Source: Azolla caroliniana
Lineage: Eukaryota; Plantae; Polypodiophyta
Assembly: GCA_043228905.1 (NCBI GenBank)
Contig: JBHGNT010000002.1
Coordinates: 16,988,001 to 17,052,000, forward strand
Length of the DNA stretch: 64,000 bases
Reading direction: 5' to 3'
Below, one piece after another: positions 13,216 through 22,700 of the stretch (its first letter is position 1; the number at the start of each line of letters is the position of its first letter). The position numbers and the translations under genes are program-made. The notes beneath the pieces were generated by a model, which saw only the letters and a program-made list of their open reading frames with translations, had not been told where the DNA came from and ran no database searches.

Positions 13216-13633
13216 TGTTACCGGCCGGCAAGGAGTCCAAAATACGGAATGAAGGAATTAATTAAATATGGTTGTAAATGAGCATAGTGTGGACGGACGG
13301 ACTGGAAACGGTATGCCGTTCCAGATCCGGACGGATCCCGAATAGGTGCGATAGGCACCGTTTTGTACTACGGGCCGGAAACCTATTTAAAGGCCCGGAC
13401 CCCATTGTAATCGCGGCGGATAATTAATAGAGCTTATGATGTTATACTTCTGTCTTGATTTCCGTTCTGTAATTACTGTTATATCTTACGCGTGTAATTA
13501 ACTAAAGCACTCTAATCGTGTAACCTATGGAAGTCGTTGTAATCGTTGAATCTTAATCCTATGCCGTAATCACCCTTTGGTGAAGTGTCTCCGTGACACC
13601 TTGTGTTAGGCCTTGTCCGGTCAGTGAATAACA
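13216..13633 (+). repeat. 5' LTR of element B
   Basis: TGTTACCGG...GAATAACA; TATA-like CCTATTTAAAGG near 13382. Confidence 0.96.
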
Positions 13634-13639
13634 CAGTTT

Positions 13640-13652
13640 TGGCGACCACGAT
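13640..13652 (+). promoter_or_regulatory. Primer binding site of element B, probably tRNA-Arg
   Basis: TGGCGACCACGAT begins 7 nt after the LTR. Complementary to a tRNA ending ...ATCGTGGTCG-CCA, as recalled for plant tRNA-Arg(CCG). Confidence 0.75.
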
Positions 13653-13684
13653 TCCTGCTTTCTCGCAGCGAACGACGGTAATGG

Positions 13685-14081
13685 ATGACTAGACCAACGC
13701 ACGACTTGGTTACAGACCGAGCTCGACGCCTCGCCAAACGGCAAAGACGGCGTGAGACTTTCCAGCAAGCAGCGCACGAAATTCGCTCGGATCGTTCGTT
13801 CTCCAACGAGATCCAGAGAGTCGCGGAGGAATCTCTTCGGTTACGGCAAACTCGCGACCAGGACGACGGAAGCAGTCTAAGTAGTCTCCGGGAAACCGAA
13901 CGCCTCCTGGAGGCGATGGCAAGCGGAGAAAACGAGGCAGAAGCCTTTTCAGCCTACGAATCGGATTCCGAAGGGGGATACAGCGTGCACACGAATTACC
14001 GGAGCAGCAACGATACCCCCGGCGGCCCGGAGGACGACGGGTCGGATACCGTGCCGACTCCAGAACTGGAACCGCTCAACC
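13685..14081 (+). CDS. gag: N-terminal part of element B gag-pol, cut by insertion of element C
   Basis: ATG at 13685. Removing C and one TSD copy gives ...PLNQGYPEPQ..., in frame with 19761-25207. Confidence 0.85.
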
Positions 14082-14516
14082 TGTCAGGAATAGTACTAAA
14101 ACAGAGATGGAATTAGTACTAAGAAGAGTAGTACTATTAGTACTAAGAGGACGGGACTGCGTAAGATTCCCGAGAGAGAGGAAGTGAGAAGAGGAGAGAG
14201 AGAGAGAGAGGGAAATAGGATGATGACAGCAGCTCTTATATTATATGAAAGATAAGTACAAATCGACTAAGAGGCTTAAGACTGGTGTTGAACCAATTTG
14301 GTTCAACATAATGCTTAGTGCCTTCTTTTATAGTGTTCTCAGGAATAATCCTGAAGCTTCTAGAATGTTCCAGAGAAATCTGGAATATACATTACTTTCT
14401 TATAATAAAACATAAATGAAAATAATATTCTATGAATTACAATAGATGGTGAGATGGTTAAGAGCTCGACCCATATACCATAAGGTCATGGGCTCGAGTC
14501 TTGCCATCTCATGACA
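14082..14516 (-). repeat. 3' LTR of element C
   Basis: TGTCAGGAAT...CATGACA (plus strand), same sequence as 19321-19755. Confidence 0.96.
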
Positions 14517-14527
14517 CTATCTCCCCC

Positions 14528-17500
14528 TTAAAGACGACGAGTGGAACGAGTCAGCGCTACTTGCGGACCAGGTTTGTCCGGATACTTTCGGTGGAAATCA
14601 GCAAGAAGATCTTGTGCATTGGCAACATTCTCGACGGGTTCCCAAGTACGTTCGCTCGGACTATAACCGAGCCAATCGACCAAGTAATAGAGTTTGTTGC
14701 GAACAAGTTTGGAATCGAGGATGGCAGCAACTTCATACTCCGGGCCGGCGTCCAACTCCAGTGGGGGCGGCGGTGGTGTCACACGATCGGGAATGGTGTT
14801 TGCTTTATAAGGTTCAAGAAGAGAACAATGGAAAACCGGATGTATCTGAAGCTGCGGAGGGAGATCAAGGCGGAAGGTGACATCATTAATCTTCCCCGTA
14901 ATACGGAAAGGACCGAGTCGTCGATAATCCAACTTGTCGCACGGTCGAGTAGTCTTGATGTGACGACGTAAGAGCCATACTCGATCTCCGATGGCAAAAG
15001 AGGAGGGAATCCGATGACGATCCGCATAAGTCTTCTGTGTGTGTTGAGCATGACGAAGGTGAGTAGAGAGATCCATCTGGATCTTGCGTAGCCTCTCCAA
15101 ATGATCCTCGGCACGAGGGTTGGTAGGTAGCTCCGGAGTGTCGATCACCGACCAGCGAGGATGGAAACCGGTATAAGCGAAAAATGGGGAGACCCGAGTC
15201 GAGGAGTGAATAGCATTATTATACGCAAACTCCGCAAAGTGGAGAATCTCGACCCAATCGTCCTGTTGATAACTCAGGAAACACCGGAGATATTGCTCCA
15301 GCGTTTGGTTTGTTCGTTCCGCCTGTCCGTCGGTTTGAGGATGGTAGCCGGAGGAGAGGTTGCAGGAGACCTTGAGCATCTTGAAGAGATGCTGCCAAAA
15401 TTTGGAGACAAATTGCGGGCCTCGGTCACTGATAATACTTTCTGGGAGGCCATGATGCCGAAAAACCTCACGCATAACAAGAGCGGCGGTTTCCTCGCTA
15501 GTGATGGCTTTAGTACATGGCACAAAATGTGCCATCTTCGTATATCGATCGACGACGGTTAGGATAGCATCGAACCCTTTCGAGACCGGCAGATCTGTGA
15601 TAAAATCAAGACAAATAGACTGCCATGGCTTACTTGGAATTGGTAAAGGTTCCAACAAGCCATATGGATGGTGTCGTGGCATCTTTGCTCGGCAGCAAGC
15701 ATCACAGGTCCGAACGTAGTCGTCGACAAAACGGCGCATGTGGGGCCACCAAAAAGATCGCTGCACTAGCTCCAACGTCTTAGTACTACCGAAATGTCCC
15801 GCCGTATGGGTGTCGTGACAATGTTGGACAATTTGAAGGCGACAGGAGCAATCGGGGACATATACGCGCTTTTTAAAGAATAACAAACCATCATGATATT
15901 CGAATTGTCGGTAGTCAATACCTGGTTGTTGAGACTGAGAACAGGATGCCCGAGAAGTATCAATGTGCGCCAGGATGTCTTGAGCAAAACTATCCGTCTT
16001 CAAGGTTGCACGTATGTCATCGGTAATCCGTGAATCCATCGGGGTATGAAAAATCCGCGTCGTGTGCAATCGTGTTGGTCCCAAGATTACTTGCTTTTGA
16101 TTATCAAATGTTGCTTCACCAGGACGAGGTGCAAGATATGAACGTCGTGATAGTGCATCTGCTTTTCCTTGCTGCTTCCCCGGTCGATATGTGATTTTGA
16201 AGTCGAAACGCGTGAGGAATTGCGCCCACCGAGCTTGCCGTCGATTTAGTACGCGAGCGTTCTGAAAATAAGCAAGATTTTTATGATCGCTGAAGACAAT
16301 GAACTGATGTGGAGAGCCCTCTAAGAAATGCCGCCATTGTACAAATGAATCCACGATGGCTAATAACTCCTTGTCATGTATTTCGTAGTTGATTTCTGCG
16401 ACATCGAATTTGCGCGAATGGAAAGCCACCGGATGCAACTCTTCTTTATCACCTTGTTGAGAAAGGATGCTACCGAGGGCGAAATCTGATGCGTCGGCCT
16501 CCATGATGAATGGTTTGCTTGTATCCACATGAGCTAGAATCGGTGCTGATGTAAAGGCTTTCTTAAGATGCCGAAAAGCCATATCTGCTTCAATGGACCA
16601 AAGAAATGCTTGGCCCTTCTTCGTAAGTTGTGTGAGAGGTAAAATAATCTTCGAGTAATCCTGTATAAACTTACGGTAGAAGTTAGCAAAACCTAGAAAA
16701 CATTGCACATCTCGTACCGACCGTGGAATTTGCCACTCTAGTACAGTTTGGATCTTAGCTGGATCCATGGCGATGCCCTTTGAGGAGATGACGTAGCCTA
16801 GAAATTCCACTTGCTTGCAGTCAAAGCTACATTTTTCTAGCTTGGCATAAAGACCATTCTCGCGGAGTCGCTTTAGTACTAATAGTACATGAGAGTCGTG
16901 CTCTTCCTGGATCTTCGAATAAATCAACAGATCATCCAGATAAATGATCAAGCAAATATCCAAGAGGTCTCTGAATATATCATTTGCCATGTGTTGGAAG
17001 ACTGCGGGTGCATTGGTTAGGCCAAACGGCATAACAGTATACTCAAAATGCCCATACCGCGTGCGAAAAGCGGTCTTCCACTCATCTCCCGGTCGGATCC
17101 GCACGAGATTATACGCTCCGCGTAGGTCGATTTTAGTAAAAAACTTGGCACCATTAACTCGCTCTAAAAGACTTGATATAAGAGGAAGTGCATACCTATT
17201 CCGGATGGTGACTTTATTTAATCCGCGGTAATCAACGACAAGACGAAGTGAGCCATCTTTCTTCTTGACAAAGAAGATGGGTGCACCGGCCGGAGATTTC
17301 GAATGACGGATGAACCCGCTTGCCAAGTTCTCCTCTATGTAGGCTCGAAGGACTTCTAACTCGGTGGGTGACAAGTTGTAAATTGGTCCCCATGGTGGCT
17401 CGGTTCCTGGTTGTAAATCGATGGGACAGTCATAGGGACGGTGATGAGGAAGGGTACCGGCTTTTACCTTGTCAAATACATCGGCATAAGGATGATATTT

Positions 17501-18097
17501 TGCCGGAAGTTGTACTGAGGAGTCCTTAATAGTGCTGGAAGGATGTACTGATATGGAAAATAGGAACATTGCCTCCTTGGGTCCTTCTTCGCGTAGTTGA
17601 TGGAGTGAAATGGTCGAAACTCGGCGAGTTGATTCTTGGGGTGGTCGATATCGGACTTCTCTTGTTCTCCAATCTATGGCTGGATTATGTAACTCAAGCC
17701 AAGGTAATCCTAGGACAATGGGATGCTCTGGACTACTAATTATATTAAATGATATTATACACACAAAACTACCTAGGACAACTTGAATGGGTTCTGATTC
17801 TTCTACAATATTCCCGGAAGCAATGGGACGACCATCAATGACCACTACAGATGCGGGACAAGGAAGTTTTCTTAAGGATATCTGAGAAGCTTGGGCAAAA
17901 TTTCGATCCATGAAACAGGAATTAGCTCCGGAATCTAAAAGTGCTAGGACGGGTACTGGAGGAGTACTTTTAGTACTAACAATGACTTGGGCTAGGAACA
18001 CATTGCTAACTTGCTTGGAAGGAATGGAACCACTAATGGGCTGTACAGATCTAGGGCTGCTGTCCAACCAAATGGCTCCTATTTTGGCTGGACTCAA
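14528..18097 (-). CDS. pol: Pol polyprotein of element C (PR-RT-RNase H-integrase-chromodomain); no ATG at the ORF start, -1 frame relative to gag
   Basis: LLDSGA protease; YLDD RT; EADASD RNase H; HHCC and DDE integrase, GPF motif; chromodomain YEVAAIL..YYLVDWLGY..TWEP. Confidence 0.96.
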   Translation of the reverse strand: MSPAKIGAIWLDSSPRSVQPISGSIPSKQVSNVFLAQVIVSTKSTPPVPVLALLDSGANSCFMDRNFAQASQISLRKLPCPASVVVIDGRPIASGNIVEESEPIQVVLGSFVCIISFNIISSPEHPIVLGLPWLELHNPAIDWRTREVRYRPPQESTRRVSTISLHQLREEGPKEAMFLFSISVHPSSTIKDSSVQLPAKYHPYADVFDKVKAGTLPHHRPYDCPIDLQPGTEPPWGPIYNLSPTELEVLRAYIEENLASGFIRHSKSPAGAPIFFVKKKDGSLRLVVDYRGLNKVTIRNRYALPLISSLLERVNGAKFFTKIDLRGAYNLVRIRPGDEWKTAFRTRYGHFEYTVMPFGLTNAPAVFQHMANDIFRDLLDICLIIYLDDLLIYSKIQEEHDSHVLLVLKRLRENGLYAKLEKCSFDCKQVEFLGYVISSKGIAMDPAKIQTVLEWQIPRSVRDVQCFLGFANFYRKFIQDYSKIILPLTQLTKKGQAFLWSIEADMAFRHLKKAFTSAPILAHVDTSKPFIMEADASDFALGSILSQQGDKEELHPVAFHSRKFDVAEINYEIHDKELLAIVDSFVQWRHFLEGSPHQFIVFSDHKNLAYFQNARVLNRRQARWAQFLTRFDFKITYRPGKQQGKADALSRRSYLAPRPGEATFDNQKQVILGPTRLHTTRIFHTPMDSRITDDIRATLKTDSFAQDILAHIDTSRASCSQSQQPGIDYRQFEYHDGLLFFKKRVYVPDCSCRLQIVQHCHDTHTAGHFGSTKTLELVQRSFWWPHMRRFVDDYVRTCDACCRAKMPRHHPYGLLEPLPIPSKPWQSICLDFITDLPVSKGFDAILTVVDRYTKMAHFVPCTKAITSEETAALVMREVFRHHGLPESIISDRGPQFVSKFWQHLFKMLKVSCNLSSGYHPQTDGQAERTNQTLEQYLRCFLSYQQDDWVEILHFAEFAYNNAIHSSTRVSPFFAYTGFHPRWSVIDTPELPTNPRAEDHLERLRKIQMDLSTHLRHAQHTQKTYADRHRIPSSFAIGDRVWLLRRHIKTTRPCDKLDYRRLGPFRITGKINDVTFRLDLPPQLQIHPVFHCSLLEPYKANTIPDRVTPPPPPLELDAGPEYEVAAILDSKLVRNKLYYLVDWLGYSPSERTWEPVENVANAQDLLADFHRKYPDKPGPQVALTRSTRRL

Positions 18098-18106
18098 TCG
18101 TTTAAC
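18051..18106 (-). promoter_or_regulatory. Predicted -1 ribosomal frameshift signal of element C
   Basis: G_TTA_AAC heptamer, 6-nt spacer, 11-bp stem GTCCAGCCAAA/TTTGGTTGGAC, loop ATAGGAGCCA. The pol frame opens only a few codons upstream. Confidence 0.8.
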
Positions 18107-19251
18107 TCTTCATCTAATTGACTAAGGATTTCAAATTTATTTGAGATACTTGGGCTATTAGTACTATGAATACTATCTGACACTCTATTAGTACTATTAC
18201 TACTATCAGACACTCCGAAGGGAAGAATTGACTCAGGTTTAGTACAGGCGACAATTTGATTTACCTGTCTTCTTGGCCTATGGGGACAATTGATGGCGAT
18301 ATGTCCTGGTCCACCGCAATAAAGGCATAATCGATTGGCACGTCGTCGTTGCTTTTCTTCTTCCGATAACGGGCCGCGTCGACGCATGGTATCGATCTCC
18401 ATCGGTGTCGAAGTATTTGCTTGAGGTATGTCTCGTGCAAACGGTTTAGCCGCGACTGCGGCGTAGGTGGGCTCTGGCCTAGAGCGTGGTATCTGTAATT
18501 GACGTTCTGAACGCCGTTCAAAAAGGCGGTTGTCACATCGAACTGCTCGACTGATTGCCTCCGTAAGAGACTTTGGTTCTTCGGGGAAAGTTAGAAGTAG
18601 ATCTTTGACATCGTTTCGCAAGCCATAGCGAAACTGCTCCATTAGTGCTTGATCATCCCAGGGTATATCTGAAGCAAGTAGGCGGAAATCCGCCGCGTAG
18701 GCAGAGGCTGGACGATCGCCTTGACGCAATCGCCGGATCTTGTTGATCGCCGTCCTGATGCTGTCGGTGTCTCCAAAGCAGGCTTTAAACTCACCAATAA
18801 AATCTTCAAAGTTATTAAGCAAGGGCGATTGTTTTTCTAGAAGCGGAGCGAACCATGCCAAGGCTGAGCCGCTAAGTAGCGTGCCTATTAGGCCGACTCG
18901 AGATGCATCAGTGGGATATCGGGAAGGATGCATCTGGATGACTAAGCGTACCTGATTAAGGAATCCCCGAAATTGCGAACGCGTTCCATCAAATTTCACA
19001 GGAAGTCCAATCTTGGGCTCTTTATGAAATCCTTGGGGACTGGATCCTTGTTGTTGCAACGCTGCTTCGAGTTGTTGTACCCGTAACGCTAACTCCCCAT
19101 GTTGTTGTTGCGTTTGTTGTTTTTCTAGAGCGATTTGTTGCAGATCCCCTATCAGCCGTTGGTTTTCTTGTTCCAAGGCAACAAACTTTTCTTTTAGGCA
19201 CTGTAGCTCGGAGAAAACGGATTGGTATTCTTGGGCGCTAACAGTAGCCAT
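18094..19251 (-). CDS. gag: Gag of element C (385 aa; coiled-coil N-terminus, retrotransposon gag domain, CCHC knuckle)
   Basis: PKIGLPVKFDG, LRQG..ASAYAADF, PMEID, CLYCGGPGHIAINC. Confidence 0.96.
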   Translation of the reverse strand: MATVSAQEYQSVFSELQCLKEKFVALEQENQRLIGDLQQIALEKQQTQQQHGELALRVQQLEAALQQQGSSPQGFHKEPKIGLPVKFDGTRSQFRGFLNQVRLVIQMHPSRYPTDASRVGLIGTLLSGSALAWFAPLLEKQSPLLNNFEDFIGEFKACFGDTDSIRTAINKIRRLRQGDRPASAYAADFRLLASDIPWDDQALMEQFRYGLRNDVKDLLLTFPEEPKSLTEAISRAVRCDNRLFERRSERQLQIPRSRPEPTYAAVAAKPFARDIPQANTSTPMEIDTMRRRGPLSEEEKQRRRANRLCLYCGGPGHIAINCPHRPRRQVNQIVACTKPESILPFGVSDSSNSTNRVSDSIHSTNSPSISNKFEILSQLDEELND

Positions 19252-19320
19252 AGTATAGGGGAAAGGGTAGGAGGATGAGGGAGAGTGACAAGTAGGCTAG
19301 AGGGAAAAATTGGTTCAAAC

Positions 19321-19755
19321 TGTCAGGAATAGTACTAAAACAGAGATGGAATTAGTACTAAGAAGAGTAGTACTATTAGTACTAAGAGGACGGGACTGCG
19401 TAAGATTCCCGAGAGAGAGGAAGTGAGAAGAGGAGAGAGAGAGAGAGAGGGAAATAGGATGATGACAGCAGCTCTTATATTATATGAAAGATAAGTACAA
19501 ATCGACTAAGAGGCTTAAGACTGGTGTTGAACCAATTTGGTTCAACATAATGCTTAGTGCCTTCTTTTATAGTGTTCTCAGGAATAATCCTGAAGCTTCT
19601 AGAATGTTCCAGAGAAATCTGGAATATACATTACTTTCTTATAATAAAACATAAATGAAAATAATATTCTATGAATTACAATAGATGGTGAGATGGTTAA
19701 GAGCTCGACCCATATACCATAAGGTCATGGGCTCGAGTCTTGCCATCTCATGACA
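19321..19755 (-). repeat. 5' LTR of element C
   Basis: Same sequence as 14082-14516; TATAAAA on the minus strand at 19571-19565. Confidence 0.96.
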
Positions 19756-19760
19756 CAACC

Positions 19761-22700
19761 AGGGCTATCCGGAACCGCAAACGGAAGCCGTCAACCCACC
19801 AACACCGGAAGTGGAAGAAGCAAAGCCACCGACACCAACGAAAGAGCCGGCAAAAGAACCGGAAAAGGAACCGGAAAAAGCACCGGCAAAAGAACCGGAA
19901 GTGGAGCCGGAGAGAAAACCGGAAAGATATCAACAAACGCCACTAAACAGCGGCCTAATACTGGACGACGACATGCCGTTCCAATACTCAAAGTATCGCG
20001 ATGATCCGGACGCGGAAGCGCATGTTCATGACTTCGAGCAGACATGGGAAGCAAATCACACGTCCCAGCGAATGACACCGGAGGAAGAAGAACGCTCGAA
20101 GATAGCGGAATTCGGAGTCACGTTGGAGGGACCGGCGACACGATGGCGGCGGACGCAGGACCCGGCGACCATCACAACCTTTGCAGAATTAAAAGCAAAA
20201 TTCTTGCATTTTTTCCACAAGGAGGTCGACCAGACGACAATGGTGGGCCTGTTTTATACGATCCGACAGGAGGCAGGGGAAAGCATTCCCCAATTCGTCA
20301 TCCGTTTCCAACGAATGCATAGCCAGCTTGCCCGTGCACCCCCGGAGGAGGAATTACAGACGCTATTTTTAAATGCACTCCGGGAACCGTTACGCACGGT
20401 GTGTACGGTGATCGACTTTCGAGGATGCACCATCGACCAGGTCATTGACCGGGTCAGAGAAATGGAAAAGTCAAGCTCATGGCTTACACTGGGAACACTG
20501 CAACGGGCGCTACCCACCGAGGAAGATCTCCGGTTCCGGCAGGCAATTCAATGCACAATCTGCTTGAATGCCGGACACTCGGCAGTGGAATGCACCATGC
20601 GAACCCAGTGTGTGATTTGTCAATCCAAGAGTCATACAACGGACCGGTGCGAGTATAACCTGTTAAACCGACAAGCACCACCCGTCCGACGGATCGAGCC
20701 AAGAAGCAGCCGAGACGAAGATGACGATCGTTGGCAAAAAATGAACCGGTACCGACCGGCACAGGATGTCCGGTACGGAGACAGACAAGAGAATGATGGC
20801 CGGTACGGGAATCGGCATGATAACTACGACCGGTATGAGCGATCGGACCGCTATCGGGAGTCCAACAGACGACACGAGCAATACGACAGAGACCATTCCC
20901 CTGGTTACCGAAGGCACCAGGAGGACTACGGCCGATACGATCCACCACGACCGGACTACCGAAATAAAAATAAGAATAATAAGAGACGGAATTTCAAGAA
21001 AGGTGGTCACATTAGGGACCCGGAACATGGAACCCTAAGGAGCCAACCGGCACAGAATGCACCACTCACTACGGGACCGACTCCGGCTACCAGCAATGCT
21101 GAATCCAGCAATACCCTTAAAGAGTACTGCTACTACTGCAGGCAGGAAGGCCACTACAGTAACCAGTGCCCGGTAAAGAGCTACGACAAACGACCAGCAG
21201 TTAATATGGTAGTTCCGGAAGTGGCGGATATACAACAAGTAACCACACGGTCGAAAGGCATGGCCAAGGAGTGGGAAACACAAGAGGCCATACGAAAACA
21301 GGCGACAGAATGGGTGAAGGAAGCCAATGAAAGGAACGTCGCGGACGCGGAACGGCAAAAGGCGAATACCACAGGGAGTGTCGGCGCTAGCCACGCAGAA
21401 AACGACACATGGCAAGCACTGCAAGAATGTCAGATCACGTTGCCATTAGGAAGACTCTTGCAGCTCGTGCCGCGATTTACGGAAGGACTAAAAACGGTCA
21501 TGACAGAGGGAATAGCCCCACCAGCACCAGTCCTCTTCTCGAATCCGGAGGAGGGACCGACGGTGGTGGACACTAATAGTCCGGTGATTACAGCTATTGT
21601 CAAAGGGCACGAACTTCCCAGCACCGTAATCGATGGAGGTTCCGGAGTGAATGTAATAAGCCTCCGCACGTGTGATGCCTTGGGTATACAAGAATGGGAG
21701 CCATGCCCGTTCTGGCTACGGATGGCGGATACGAGCTCTGTACGGCCGACGGGCTTAATACAGAAATTGGAGGTCACCATAGGAGGTCACACATTTCACA
21801 TCTCGGCTGTAGTGCTGCAGCTACAGGCGCAAGGCGCGTATCCACTGTTGCTGGGCAGACCATGGTTGAAGACAGCACACATCAAGCAAAATTGGCGGAA
21901 AAATATGATTACCTTCCGGCGCGGAAAAGCCAAGGTCCGGGTACCGACACAACCACGGACGAACAACGGTAAGGAATGCACACCGCTGTATGCGGAATGC
22001 GTGAACATGCTTGAAGGATTGGCAGACGACGAAGAAGCCCAGTACTTGGAGGAACACCCGAAGATCGTACCACTCTTCGAGATTGACGTGGCTGAAGCCG
22101 TAGCGCCATACTTGCCGCAGCGGGACGAAACCGAAGCCGAACCAGACAAAGATGCGATTCGGGAATTACGGCAAGCACAGGAAGCGTTGGAACGGGAAAT
22201 GGCCGTTTCCCAACGGGTAAAGGCATCCCAGCTCGACGAAGTGAACCTAGGAAGCAAGGACGAATCAAAGCCGGTACACATCGCCAAAGAAATGAAGCCG
22301 GAAGATAAAGCGGCGATGATCAAACTTCTCACGGAGTTTCGCGACGTATTCGCCTGGTCATACGAAGACATGCGAGGGCTGGACCCTCAATTATATCAGC
22401 ATCAGATCCACTTAGGCAAGGACGCGAAACTAGTGGCGCAAAGACGTTACCGAATGAACCCCAACTACGCCGCCAAAGTGAAGGAGGAAATCGACAAACT
22501 CCTAAGAGTGGGTTTCATCCGGCCGGTAAAGAAAGCGACGTGGCTGAGCCCCATCGTCGTCGTCCCCAAGAAGAACGGTAAAATCCGCGTGTGTGTAGAT
22601 TACAGGAAACTAAATGCCGCCACAATTACGGATGCATTCCCTCTTCCGTTCACGGATGGAATACTGGATGCCGTCGCCGGCCATGAAGTTTATAGTTTTT

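Larger units (their letters stand above)
14082..19755 (-). mobile_element. Intact, very young Ty3/gypsy chromovirus (element C, Tcn1-like)
   Basis: 435-bp LTRs 14082-14516 and 19321-19755 appear identical; TSD CAACC; PPT TAAGGGGGAGATAG (minus, 14517-14530); uninterrupted gag and pol. Confidence 0.97.

Noticed and set aside
14501-18955. Plus-strand ORFs overlapping element C
   Set aside because: Antisense shadows of gag and pol
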